A program made the position numbers and the translations under genes. From Candidatus Nanohaloarchaea archaeon (GTDB lineage Archaea; Nanohalarchaeota; Nanosalinia; Nanosalinales; Nanosalinaceae): DNA of 64,000 bases. The notes under the pieces were generated by a model that worked only from the letters and a program-made list of their open reading frames with translations, was not told where the DNA came from and did not search any database. Location: NCBI GenBank assembly GCA_042218325.1, contig JBDGRE010000001.1:36356-100355 (forward strand), given 5' to 3'. This document shows, piece after piece, positions 1 through 9,166 of the stretch (its first letter is position 1; every line of letters starts with the position of its first letter).

Positions 1-1
1 C

Positions 2-289
2 CGTTCGGTCGCGTTCACGCTGTCGTTCTTCGCCGGCCTGACCTACATGTTCTACACCATCCCGCTGGTCTCGATGATAGCGGATATCGCGGAGGACGAG
101 AACCTGCTCGGCTTCTTCTCCGTAAGAGAGGTCTTCCAGGGTTTCGGCAAGATAGCGGTCGTCGCGGTAACGGTCACGATGCTGGTCCAAGGCTCGATGG
201 CGGACGCGTTCCGGGTAACGTTCTATCTGGCCTCCGCCTCAGTACTGTTGCTGGCGCTTGTGGCGAGAAAGATTGACCGCCGCAGGTAG
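2..289 (+). CDS. MFS-type membrane transporter, C-terminal part (runs off the window start)
   Basis: Frame is open from position 2 (RSVAFTLSFFAGLTYMF...). It has several hydrophobic helices and a basic tail, like the last helices of an MFS transporter. Confidence 0.5.
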   Translation, partial: RSVAFTLSFFAGLTYMFYTIPLVSMIADIAEDENLLGFFSVREVFQGFGKIAVVAVTVTMLVQGSMADAFRVTFYLASASVLLLALVARKIDRRR

Positions 290-1510
290 CTACTTCCTCA
301 GCCGCTCGTCGACCTGCTCCTGGAAGTCCATGACGTGCTCCATGATGACGGCGAATCCCTGGAACGGGTGGTCGAAGTACGAGAAGTAGTTGTGTACGGC
401 GTGGTCGCTCCAGGACTTGGTCGCGATATGGTGTAGATGGTCCGAGGTCAAGAATTTGCGCCATACCTCGTATACCTCTTCATCATCCGTTTCCCTGACC
501 TTCTGCTCCAGGTCCTGAAGTTTGTCGAAAAGCGTCCGCTGGACCGGGTTGCCGAGCCAGGCGGAGGCGTCCATCTCCTTGTCGGCCCAGGAAACGGTGT
601 TGTACTCGAACGCGTCGAACTCGCCGACCGGGTCGTTCTGCGCGACTTCTCGAACTTTCGCGAATCGGAGGTCGTCGTAGTCGAGCACCTGGTCAGGCAT
701 CGACTCCAGGAACCACAGGATGCCGGTTCCCTCCCAGTGATGTTCCCCAAAAGTCTCGTAGTCCATGAAAAGGTTGACCATCTGGCCCTCGCACGCCGAG
801 AGCCAGGCCGCGTACTTGTCCGCGGTCAGCGGGTACTCCTCCCACCACTCCGCGGAGAAACGGTAGCCGATATCGTCGGTGATCTTCCGGTTCCTGAGTA
901 GTATGTTGTTCCCGTTCTTCGTCACGAAGTCGGGCTGCGTGTAGGCGTAGTTCGGCGACCGCCAGCCCAGTACGCGGGGAACGCCCTCGGTGAATATGCC
1001 GTCGAAGCCCTCCTCCGCCGACACCTTTCCTATCTCGTTGTGGTATATCAGCTCGGTGTTGGTCATGACTTGGGGGCGCGTGCCGAACGTGTCCTCGATT
1101 ATCTCCCGGTGCCTTCCAAGCTGCTGCCGGAACTCCCGCTTGTCGCAGAACAGGCCCGCGAGTGAGTGGTAGTGGGCCTGGCCGATTAAGTCGACCGTGT
1201 TGTCAGGGAAGGAGTTTAACATGTCGATAAGCTCCGGATGGTACTGTTTCGCCTGCTCGATCCAGGAGCTTGAGACGGAGAAGTTTACCTTCAGCTGCTG
1301 ACCGCGGTCCATCCCCGAGCGGTTCTTGGCTATCCTCAGCAGTCTTTCTGTCGCGGGGAAGTAGCAGTTCTCCGCCACGTCCCGGAAGAAATGCTCGTTC
1401 ATCTCGTCGTCGAAGTACCTGTCGTACAGCCGGTCTGCGTCCTCGTTGACGCCGTCCACCCTCAACCTGTGCGGCTGGTGGACCTCGAACGAGAGGGTTA
1501 TCGGCAGCAT
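290..1510 (-). CDS. Glycoside hydrolase family 57 (alpha-amylase/amylopullulanase-like)
   Basis: GH57 motifs FEVHQP, NTELIY (nucleophile Glu), FMDYETFGEH and TSDH. Start placed at MLPITLSF (ATG 1510). Confidence 0.9.
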   Translation of the reverse strand: MLPITLSFEVHQPHRLRVDGVNEDADRLYDRYFDDEMNEHFFRDVAENCYFPATERLLRIAKNRSGMDRGQQLKVNFSVSSSWIEQAKQYHPELIDMLNSFPDNTVDLIGQAHYHSLAGLFCDKREFRQQLGRHREIIEDTFGTRPQVMTNTELIYHNEIGKVSAEEGFDGIFTEGVPRVLGWRSPNYAYTQPDFVTKNGNNILLRNRKITDDIGYRFSAEWWEEYPLTADKYAAWLSACEGQMVNLFMDYETFGEHHWEGTGILWFLESMPDQVLDYDDLRFAKVREVAQNDPVGEFDAFEYNTVSWADKEMDASAWLGNPVQRTLFDKLQDLEQKVRETDDEEVYEVWRKFLTSDHLHHIATKSWSDHAVHNYFSYFDHPFQGFAVIMEHVMDFQEQVDERLRK

Positions 1511-1591
1511 GTCTTCAGGATTCTCGCTATCGTTTAAATGAGGCCGTGGTTCTACCGTGGCGTTAAAAATCGAGCCCCGCATGTTCTACAT

Positions 1592-1822
1592 GTGAACGTC
1601 GAAACCCGGCAGGTAGATGGGGGTACGGAGGTACGGGTCTCTGCGGATAGAAAGGTAGCAGTGGCGGTGAAGACGCCTGAAGGCGAACGCATCTACCTGC
1701 CGGAAGCAGAAGGCAGCGATTCCTCCTATTACGTCGAGGAGCCGGAATCTCTCAGGAAGACAAGCGACGGGTACGCCGTTGTCCACCCGGGCGAGGTGGA
1801 GGAAGTCGAGGTCATAAGATGA
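1592..1822 (+). CDS. Small conserved halophile-type hypothetical protein next to the glycogen genes
   Basis: GTG start about 25 nt after a TTAAAAA box, acidic composition (GERIYLP...SSYY), and ATGA overlap with the next gene. Confidence 0.6.
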   Translation: MNVETRQVDGGTEVRVSADRKVAVAVKTPEGERIYLPEAEGSDSSYYVEEPESLRKTSDGYAVVHPGEVEEVEVIR

Positions 1823-2418
1823 GAGAGGAGGTCAGGGAGGGCTACGAGAAAGGAGACTACGAGAGCGATTACCGCCGGAACAGAGAGATAAGACAGATGG
1901 AAGAAAGATTATTCGAAGAGATGCTGGACAGAGTTCCTGAAGGCCCCAAGGTACTGGATCTGGGGTGCGGTATCGGTGAGCCTTTCGACAGATACCTTGT
2001 AGAGGAGGGTTGCGATATGACAGGAGTCGATATAGCTGAAAAGCATGTAAAGAAGGCCAGGGAAAACGTTCCGGGCGCCGAATTCATGCAGGGAGACTTC
2101 TTCGAGCAGGACTTCGCTGACGGGTCTTTCGACGCGGTCGTGAGTTTCTACGCAATATTTCACATACCGAGAGAGGAACACGGCAATCTATTCGGGCGGA
2201 TACATCGATGGTTGAAGGAGGATGGCGTGATACTGGTAACACTGGGAGGCGGAGAGATGGATGAGCACAGGGACGAGATAGGTGGGGCGGAGATGCTCTG
2301 GAGTTCCTATACCGTGGAGGAGAACAGGGAACTCGTGGAGGAGGCAGGTTTCGACATAATCGAGGACTGTATAGAGGAAGAGGAAGGCCATCTCTGGATA
2401 CTTGCGGAGAAACGATGA
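1819..2418 (+). CDS. Class I SAM-dependent methyltransferase
   Basis: VLDLGCGIG motif I, GVDI, FDAVVSFYAIFH, WLKEDG. Confidence 0.9.
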   Translation: MREEVREGYEKGDYESDYRRNREIRQMEERLFEEMLDRVPEGPKVLDLGCGIGEPFDRYLVEEGCDMTGVDIAEKHVKKARENVPGAEFMQGDFFEQDFADGSFDAVVSFYAIFHIPREEHGNLFGRIHRWLKEDGVILVTLGGGEMDEHRDEIGGAEMLWSSYTVEENRELVEEAGFDIIEDCIEEEEGHLWILAEKR

Positions 2419-2419
2419 G

Positions 2420-3457
2420 CTAAAGATTCCGGTAGACTTCACGGACCTCTTCCGCGACCTCCATCCAGGTGCGCGACTTGAAATTTCCTACTTCGCGGCC
2501 GAGCGCCTCCTCTATACCATTCTTTATGGAATCGGAGTCCGGTTCCACGCTCACGACGGCGTTACCTGGCAGCACCTCTTCCGCGCCGCTCCGGGTCGCG
2601 ACCACGGGCGTACCGGCCTCGACCGCCTCTGTAACTGTCAGGCCGAACGGTTCGTTGATGGAGGGCGACACGAACACTTCGGCGCCCCCGTAGTAGTCGC
2701 CGAGTTCTTCCTCCGGGATGAATCCCTCGAAAACCACCCGGTCCTCGATACCCAGTATCTCGACGAACTCCTCGAGCGCCGGCCTCATATGGCCGTCGCC
2801 GCCGAGCACGAGCGTCGCCTCCCGCTCCTGTAAAAACTTCTTGAAGCCGTAAAGCAGGTGTTCCAGCCCCTTCTGCTCGGCGTGCCGGCCGACGTAAAGC
2901 ACCATCTCGCCGTGGATGCCGAGCTCCTCTTTGACGTCCCTGCCGCCAGATTCCGCAGTCGAGAAACCGTTGTGGATGACCTGCGGCTCCCGGCCGTATT
3001 TCTCCTCGATATCGTCCGCGAGCATCTGGCTGACCGCGATGAGCTCGTCCGCACGCTCGATTATGCCGCGTTCCATCTCCACCATCCTGTCGGATGGTGA
3101 ACGGTTCCGTTGCGAGCTCAGGGAGTGGAAAGTAGCGGCCCACAGGGCATCCGAGTACTTCTTCGCCTTCAGTCCGGGTTCGGAGCCGAACCAGTCGTGC
3201 GTGTGAACGATGTCGTACTCCTCCGCCAGTTCAAGAAACTCTTGGGAAAGGTTCCGGGTCTTCTCCATCATGTCGCCCTCGCCCGCGTCCAGTCCCACGA
3301 TTCCCTCGCGGTCCGGCGCCCGCTCTTCAGGCAGCGCCAGCGTCACGTCGACGCCCAGTCCCTGCAGCTCCTCGAACAGCCGGGCCACGTGTACATCGAG
3401 GCCGCCGTCGATATCGGGCGGGTATCCCCAGCCCAGCATGAGCACTCTACGGTCCAT
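2420..3457 (-). CDS. Glycosyltransferase family 4 (probable glycogen synthase)
   Basis: GWGYPP..GGL, HTHDW, VGR..EQKG and EPFGLT..EA motifs; lies close to GH57. Confidence 0.85.
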   Translation of the reverse strand: MDRRVLMLGWGYPPDIDGGLDVHVARLFEELQGLGVDVTLALPEERAPDREGIVGLDAGEGDMMEKTRNLSQEFLELAEEYDIVHTHDWFGSEPGLKAKKYSDALWAATFHSLSSQRNRSPSDRMVEMERGIIERADELIAVSQMLADDIEEKYGREPQVIHNGFSTAESGGRDVKEELGIHGEMVLYVGRHAEQKGLEHLLYGFKKFLQEREATLVLGGDGHMRPALEEFVEILGIEDRVVFEGFIPEEELGDYYGGAEVFVSPSINEPFGLTVTEAVEAGTPVVATRSGAEEVLPGNAVVSVEPDSDSIKNGIEEALGREVGNFKSRTWMEVAEEVREVYRNL

Positions 3458-3484
3458 AGGGAAAGACTGCGGCGGGAAGTTCTT

Positions 3485-4510
3485 TTACTCTATCCCTATC
3501 GCGTCGTTCGTCCGCGCTATAGACGTCTCTCTGTCCTCGAGCTCCATCATCGACCTGATGGCGTCGATGTTATCCGGCACGACGATGGATTCCTGGTGGA
3601 CCATGTGGATCCAGTAGAGCGTGCCCGAATCTACGGTAACGGTCTCCTCCCAGACCGCGGCCTCCTGCATGTCAGAACGAGCCCTATGAAGGTCGCGCAT
3701 CTTCTCGTGCAGCTTCGCGGTCGAGTCGTAGCCGTCGCCCGCGGATTCAAGGTTGACGCGCGGCTGCTCCTCGAAGGCCTTCAGGACTTCTTCTTCCGTT
3801 GCCTCGTTTTCCAGCTCGACGTTGACCATGTGTACGTGGCCGTAGGTTACCGGCACCTTGACCGCGAGCGTCTTGATATCCAGCCCGGGCATCACCGCCT
3901 GTACGTCAGGCCCATGGTGCGATGGGACCTCTGTGACCGGGATGGTGGAGTTTATAGGCCCGCGGGAGTCCTGCGGGATGTCACCTCCACGCCTCACGAG
4001 ATTCGCGACTGCTTCTTCCACGCCGAAGTTTTCGTCCACGGCGTTCATCGTCCTTGACAGCGAGGTGGTGTTACAGGAGACCACCTTCACGAAGTCCTCG
4101 CCTCGCGCTTCCCCGTAGTTCGCGTCGGCGTTGAACTTGACCTCAGCGATGTCTCCCGGTGCCCCGCCCTGGAATATCGCCTTCACATCGTTCGGTGCGT
4201 AAAGTTTCTCCTTGTTCTTCTCGTCGATACCGGGAGGCGTGCAGTCCACGACGATGTCGGCCTCGTCTATGTGTTCTTCAAGCAGGCCCTCGACATGCAT
4301 ACCGTCCTCCTCGAGCTGTTCTCTCCCGTCATCGCTAGAGGCGAGCAGCGTCGTGCCGTGCAGCGCTCCCTGCTCGCTGAGACCTGTCCTGAGTCCCGTG
4401 CCCGCGGAGACATCCGATAATGCGTAGAGCTCCATGTCAGGCTGTTTTTTGACGGCTTCCGCCACCCGCTTTCCTATCGTTCCGACACCGTTTACGACTA
4501 CTTTTACCAT
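3485..4510 (-). CDS. gap: Archaeal type II glyceraldehyde-3-phosphate dehydrogenase
   Basis: NGVGTIGKRVA, VVSCNTT (catalytic Cys), PSHHGPDV, HQESIVVPDNIDAIR. Confidence 0.95.
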   Translation of the reverse strand: MVKVVVNGVGTIGKRVAEAVKKQPDMELYALSDVSAGTGLRTGLSEQGALHGTTLLASSDDGREQLEEDGMHVEGLLEEHIDEADIVVDCTPPGIDEKNKEKLYAPNDVKAIFQGGAPGDIAEVKFNADANYGEARGEDFVKVVSCNTTSLSRTMNAVDENFGVEEAVANLVRRGGDIPQDSRGPINSTIPVTEVPSHHGPDVQAVMPGLDIKTLAVKVPVTYGHVHMVNVELENEATEEEVLKAFEEQPRVNLESAGDGYDSTAKLHEKMRDLHRARSDMQEAAVWEETVTVDSGTLYWIHMVHQESIVVPDNIDAIRSMMELEDRETSIARTNDAIGIE

Positions 4511-4556
4511 GATATCACGGTTACAGATTGCCGCTCCGGAATAAAAAGATGCCGAC

Positions 4557-5006
4557 CTACTCCGTGATACTGTCCAGAAGGGTCTCTATGTCTCTACCCG
4601 GGCCCCGCACGGGTTCGGTATTCTCTTCTGCTGCCGCCTTGAGCTCCCGGACCGGTCCCGGATCGTCCCCGTCCGTGATCCAGGCCCTGCGTTCCACCGC
4701 TTCACCGTCGAGGATGGACAGGCAGCCAGGAAGCAAAGGATGGAAGAACCTCTCGAGACGGGAGGGCTCCTCCACTTCCATGCTGTCCAGTTCTTCCGGG
4801 CTGGGCAGTTCTCCTCCTGTTACGTATCCGCGGAACTCCACCACTTCGTACGTGCCGCCGGTTCGACCGGGAGGCGCGCCTATCGAGGGCCTTGGCGAGG
4901 CCATACCGCTGCTTTCGTAGAGCTCTACGCGGAAACCTTCCGGGTCGCCGTAGACCTGGATGGTCTTGCCCGGTACCTCGTCGTATCTTATGAAAGGTCC
5001 TGCCAC
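4557..5006 (-). CDS. Hypothetical acidic protein
   Basis: Open frame with halophile-like composition. The GTG start at 5006 is inferred from a TTTAAG box about 25 nt upstream. Confidence 0.5.
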   Translation of the reverse strand: MAGPFIRYDEVPGKTIQVYGDPEGFRVELYESSGMASPRPSIGAPPGRTGGTYEVVEFRGYVTGGELPSPEELDSMEVEEPSRLERFFHPLLPGCLSILDGEAVERRAWITDGDDPGPVRELKAAAEENTEPVRGPGRDIETLLDSITE

Positions 5007-5087
5007 GCCTGCGTTAACGCACCGAAACTTAAATCGATACCGGGGAGAAGGGAAGGAAATATGATGCACCGGGCCTGATAGTAAACC

Positions 5088-5864
5088 ATGCAAGAGCTGC
5101 TCCAGGAACTCGAAAGGAAGCCCGGCACCCACAAGGGAGAGAACGGCCGTGTCGGTATCGTCGCGGGAAGCGCTGACTACACCGGTGCGCCGGCGATAGC
5201 CGCGGAGGCGGCGCTGCGTACAGGCTGCGACCTGGTGAGGATTCTGACTTCAGGCAAGATATCGGAGGTCGTGGCTTCTTACTCCGAGAACTTCATCGTC
5301 TCCGGCTACCCCTCCAAGTACTTCGGCAGGTCTTCCCTGAAGGAGGCCCGGGAGCTGGCGGACTGGGCCGACGCCCTTGTTGTCGGACCGGGGATGGGCG
5401 ATGCGAGCAGTTCCGCGCTCCAGCGTTTCATGGAGGAAGTCGACACACCGGTGGTGGTCGACGCTGACGCGATAGGGCCGGCCCTTGAGGCGGAAAACTC
5501 GGACATGGTCTTCACGCCGCACAGCAGAGAGGCCGAGCTCATCGAGCAGGAGTACGGCTCCCTCTCCGTGTTCTCGGAAGAGACCGGGGCGGTGGTGCTC
5601 CAGAAGGGCCCTGTCGACCAGGTATACTCTGCGGAGAAGTACAGGAACCGGACGGGTACGGCAGCGATGACCGTCGGGGGAACCGGCGACGCGCTCGCCG
5701 GCGTGGTGGGCTCGTTGCTCTCACAGGGGTTGCCGAGGACCAAGGCGGCGAGACTCGGTTCGTGGATAAATGGTAAGGCGGGTGAAAGAGCCGCGGAGCG
5801 CTACGGCAACGGGATGCTGGCGACAGACCTCGTCGAAGAGATACCCGGGATCATGTGGGACTAG
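5088..5864 (+). CDS. nnrD: ADP-dependent NAD(P)H-hydrate dehydratase (stand-alone NnrD)
   Basis: HKGENGRV..VAGS..YTGAP, VVGPGMG, VVDADA, TPH..E, GGTGDALAG. Confidence 0.92.
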   Translation: MQELLQELERKPGTHKGENGRVGIVAGSADYTGAPAIAAEAALRTGCDLVRILTSGKISEVVASYSENFIVSGYPSKYFGRSSLKEARELADWADALVVGPGMGDASSSALQRFMEEVDTPVVVDADAIGPALEAENSDMVFTPHSREAELIEQEYGSLSVFSEETGAVVLQKGPVDQVYSAEKYRNRTGTAAMTVGGTGDALAGVVGSLLSQGLPRTKAARLGSWINGKAGERAAERYGNGMLATDLVEEIPGIMWD

Positions 5865-6226
5865 CCCTTCAGCAGTGCGAACGGGTCGTCGGGTCCTTCC
5901 TCGAGCATCTTTTCGGTCCAGGCCCCGGCGCTTGCGCCGTCTTTCTCTATCGTTGGCGGGTACTCGCCTCGCCTGAGTTTGAGATCTGACTCGGGCCGGT
6001 CCATGCATGTAAGGGCATACCGCTCTTTTTCCTCTTCGGTCAGGGCTCTTGCGGCGGGCTGCGCTACCTCTCCCTCGACTATTTCGGCGGAGCAGGCGAG
6101 ACACATCCCCACGCGGCAGGAGTACTCCTGCGCTATGCCCGTTTCTATCGCTGCGCGGAGTATGGTCTGGTTCTCTGGTACCTTCATCGTTTCGCCGCTG
6201 CCGACGTACTCGACGGTGTGCTCCAT
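5861..6226 (-). CDS. fer: Plant-type [2Fe-2S] ferredoxin (halophile Fer-like)
   Basis: YSCRVGMCLAC...LTC cluster motif; start MEHTVEY at 6226. Confidence 0.88.
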   Translation of the reverse strand: MEHTVEYVGSGETMKVPENQTILRAAIETGIAQEYSCRVGMCLACSAEIVEGEVAQPAARALTEEEKERYALTCMDRPESDLKLRRGEYPPTIEKDGASAGAWTEKMLEEGPDDPFALLKG

Positions 6227-6269
6227 GTAGAAAGGTCCGGGAGGCTGCTTGAAACCAGTTACGGCCCTG

Positions 6270-6824
6270 TCAGTTCTGGATGTTCTCTTTCTTCCAGCCC
6301 GGCCTGAAATCGTACTGTATGCCTGAGTCACGGATGGCCTCGATGTGCTGTTCTATCCTGTCGCGCGCGCACTCCGGTACGAGATACCGCCACTCCTCCC
6401 CGGAACGGATACGGCGGCGGACCTCTGTACCCGAGTAGACGTCCGGTTCGTGCATCTCCTGTTCCACGGCCTCCATCGAGGTGTGCTCCTCGACCAGTTC
6501 CTTGACGAGGTCGTTGTTCGATACGACGACGTCCGCGCCGAGCTCCTCTATATTCTCGGCCCAGCGCCTGTTCCCCTCCTCGTCTTTCTCGTCGTCTTCC
6601 ACCGGGACGATCCTTAGTTCCGGGAAGCAGTCCTCGATTATCGCCTTCCGCTCCTCGAAACTGAGGGGGTTGTCCTCCTCCCGTGACTTGTCGGCGCTGC
6701 CGACCGCGACCACGAGTTCCCCGAACCTGTCCCGCGTGTTCTCGATGGCCTTCCTGTGGCCCACGTGGAGTGGCTGGAATCTGCCCAGGAAGACCGCTTT
6801 CTTGTCTCCAGTATCCATTTTCAT
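6270..6824 (-). CDS. nadM: Nicotinamide-nucleotide adenylyltransferase
   Basis: GRFQPLHVGH, NPLSFEER, SGTEVRRRI...WRYLVP. Confidence 0.85.
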   Translation of the reverse strand: MKMDTGDKKAVFLGRFQPLHVGHRKAIENTRDRFGELVVAVGSADKSREEDNPLSFEERKAIIEDCFPELRIVPVEDDEKDEEGNRRWAENIEELGADVVVSNNDLVKELVEEHTSMEAVEQEMHEPDVYSGTEVRRRIRSGEEWRYLVPECARDRIEQHIEAIRDSGIQYDFRPGWKKENIQN

Positions 6825-7441
6825 CAGTCCGAGAACATCTCGTCTCCGGCGTCCAGAACGTCGCTGCGTTTGAGTTGAGGGAAGTCCTCGACGTAGTTCT
6901 CGGTCTCCAGTCTCTGCCCGATATGGTAGGCGAACGCGTAGCCGAGCCAGCGCGGGAACCGCTCGCTACCCTCAAACAGGGAGCCCCAGTCCGAGTTCTC
7001 GCTTAACGCTTCCCGGACCACGGGCCAGAGCTCCTCGAGCTCGTGGTCGCTGAACTTCCGGGCCCGCGGCGGCTTACCCGGGTACATCTTCTCCGCGAAG
7101 ACGTAGGCCTGGGCCTCGAACAGCAGTGTCTGCCACTTGAACTCAAGACCCTCCGTTTTTTCGAGGAAATAACTGTGCGCGTACTCGCGGGCGACCACGG
7201 TTTTCAGCCTTTCCTGCCAGCCGTCGGTGTCGGCGTTGAACTCGACGGAGAAGTAGCCGGGCGATACCTCGGTGGAGTTCGCGCCGCCGAGCTCCTCCCT
7301 CACCATGCTGCCGCCCCAGGCGATACCGGCCTCGATATCGTTCTCGTGCTCCATAGCTGCCTTGCAGGCCTCGAGGGCATCTTCCACGACCTGCCGGGCC
7401 TTCCCCAGCTCGTGCTCCCGCGGCCTAATCGAGTAGTTCAT
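6824..7441 (-). CDS. DUF2268-like zincin-fold protein with degenerate metal site (REYAH)
   Basis: VVAREYAH...LLFEAQA...LFEGSERFPRWLGYAFAY resembles DUF2268 proteins, but the first His of HExxH is replaced by Arg. Confidence 0.6.
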   Translation of the reverse strand: MNYSIRPREHELGKARQVVEDALEACKAAMEHENDIEAGIAWGGSMVREELGGANSTEVSPGYFSVEFNADTDGWQERLKTVVAREYAHSYFLEKTEGLEFKWQTLLFEAQAYVFAEKMYPGKPPRARKFSDHELEELWPVVREALSENSDWGSLFEGSERFPRWLGYAFAYHIGQRLETENYVEDFPQLKRSDVLDAGDEMFSD

Positions 7442-7998
7442 CCTTTCTCCTTCCACTTGATGCTGCAGCCCTGCGAAGGTTTTTGCTCTCCCGGCGGGTC
7501 ACGCCTCTTCAGCATACCCTCGATGACCTGCTTCATCTCCCGTTCCTTGACTTCCTCGTCAGGGTTCATGCGGTCGTTCAGCCGGCCGTGGTAGTACAGC
7601 CTGTGGCGCCAGTCCAGCAGGAAAGGATCGGGCGTGCAGCGTGCATCATAGGCCCTGGCTACTTCCTGTTCCGGGTCCGCGAGGTAGTAGAAGTTGCTGC
7701 TTTCGAGGTCGTTCTCCTCCACGAACTCTTCCATCTTCCCGACCGAGTCCTCGGGTTTCGTTTCCGCGTTCGGGTTGATGCCGACGACCGCGACCGAGGA
7801 GAACTCGCCGGTCAGCTTCCTGAGCTCCTCTACCTGCGCCTTCACGTACGGGCAGTGGTTGCACATGAAGACCACGAGAACGCCGTCGTAGTTGTCCAGG
7901 TCGGAGAGCGAGACCTTTTCGCCCGTGTAGCTCTCGAGCTCGAACCCGGGCGCTTTTTCTCTCCGCGAAAGCGAGGACTCGGACTCTGTAACTGTCAT
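7438..7998 (-). CDS. Thioredoxin-fold AhpC/TSA family protein
   Basis: APGFEL, FMCNHCPYV, YDARCTPDPF, YHGRLND, SQGCSIKW. Confidence 0.9.
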   Translation of the reverse strand: MTVTESESSLSRREKAPGFELESYTGEKVSLSDLDNYDGVLVVFMCNHCPYVKAQVEELRKLTGEFSSVAVVGINPNAETKPEDSVGKMEEFVEENDLESSNFYYLADPEQEVARAYDARCTPDPFLLDWRHRLYYHGRLNDRMNPDEEVKEREMKQVIEGMLKRRDPPGEQKPSQGCSIKWKEKG

Positions 7999-8004
7999 GG
8001 AAAG

Positions 8005-8286
8005 TTATTCTGGCGGCACCTTCAAGTCTCCTTCGACCAGCCCGGAGAAAACTTTCCAGGCCTCCAGGTCCTCCACCGTCACCTTCTCTTCCTCGTAGTC
8101 CCTGAAAACCACGGTGTTGGCCCAGGCGTTGAACTCGAACCTTCTTCCGCGGTACTCGAGGCTCTCGTGATCCTTGTCCCGGTACTCGATTCCGCCGTAC
8201 TCCAGCGATTTCTCTACCTCATCAAGGCCGACCCCGTCCCTGAATCTCCATACCTGCGGCCTCTGGTAGGTCGAATCCCTGTCCAT
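8005..8286 (-). CDS. Hypothetical acidic protein (93 aa)
   Basis: ATG at 8286 downstream of a TTTAAA box shared with the divergent aldolase. The longer ORF-track version is shadow overlap. Confidence 0.55.
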   Translation of the reverse strand: MDRDSTYQRPQVWRFRDGVGLDEVEKSLEYGGIEYRDKDHESLEYRGRRFEFNAWANTVVFRDYEEEKVTVEDLEAWKVFSGLVEGDLKVPPE

Positions 8287-8344
8287 CACCGGGAAGGATT
8301 GCCACCACAAGTTTAAACAGATACCAGTCGTAATACTACGTATT

Positions 8345-9166
8345 ATGAAAGAGTTCGAGGACTCCCCGATCCAGCGGAACGGAAACTCCCTGATACTCGC
8401 GTATGACCACGGAACGGAGCACGGCCCGGTCGACTTCGAGCCGATGCCGGAGTCGGCGGACCCGGCGCACGTCTTCGAGGTGTCCCGGCACAGCGCGGTG
8501 ACCGCGATAGCGCTCCAGAAGGGGAACGCCGAGTACTTCCGCCAGTGGGAGAAAGAGAACGGGGTCGATGATGCCGCACCTCTCCTCGTGAAGCTGAACG
8601 GCAACTCCAACCTCGCGAAGCGCGACGACTACTTCTCGCCGAAGCAGTGCTCGGTCGAGTACGCGGTAGAAGAACTCGATGCGGCGGCGATAGGCTATAC
8701 CATGTATGCGGGCAGCCTCCACGAGGACAGGATGTGGCAGGAATTCCGCGAGGTCCAGGAGGAGGCCCGCGAGCACGGCGTTCCCGTAGTGCTGTGGAGC
8801 TACCCGCGCGGCAAGGGCATCGAGGAGAACCCGGATTACGATGGCCAGAAAGACCCGGATGTCGTGGCGTACGGTGCCCGTCTCGGCCTTGAGCTCGGCG
8901 CGGACATGGTGAAGTGCAAGTATCCTGGCTCGAAGGAGGACTGGCAGCAGCTTGAAGACGTCGTCGGCGACCTGAAGACGGTGATGAGCGGTGGCTCGAA
9001 GCGCAGCGACAGGGAGTTCCTGGAGGACGTCCACGATACAGTCTCGGCGGGCGGCAACGGCCTCGCGGTCGGCCGCAACATCTTCCAGCGCGAGCATCCG
9101 GAGCCGATACTCGACAGCCTGGAAAAAGTCATATTCGAGGGCAAGTCTTCTGGAGAGGTCCTGTAG
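8345..9166 (+). CDS. fbaB: Class I fructose-bisphosphate aldolase (archaeal DhnA type)
   Basis: LAYDHGTEHGP, WSYPRG, ELGADMVKCKY (Schiff-base Lys), SGGSK, AVGRNIFQ. Confidence 0.92.
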   Translation: MKEFEDSPIQRNGNSLILAYDHGTEHGPVDFEPMPESADPAHVFEVSRHSAVTAIALQKGNAEYFRQWEKENGVDDAAPLLVKLNGNSNLAKRDDYFSPKQCSVEYAVEELDAAAIGYTMYAGSLHEDRMWQEFREVQEEAREHGVPVVLWSYPRGKGIEENPDYDGQKDPDVVAYGARLGLELGADMVKCKYPGSKEDWQQLEDVVGDLKTVMSGGSKRSDREFLEDVHDTVSAGGNGLAVGRNIFQREHPEPILDSLEKVIFEGKSSGEVL

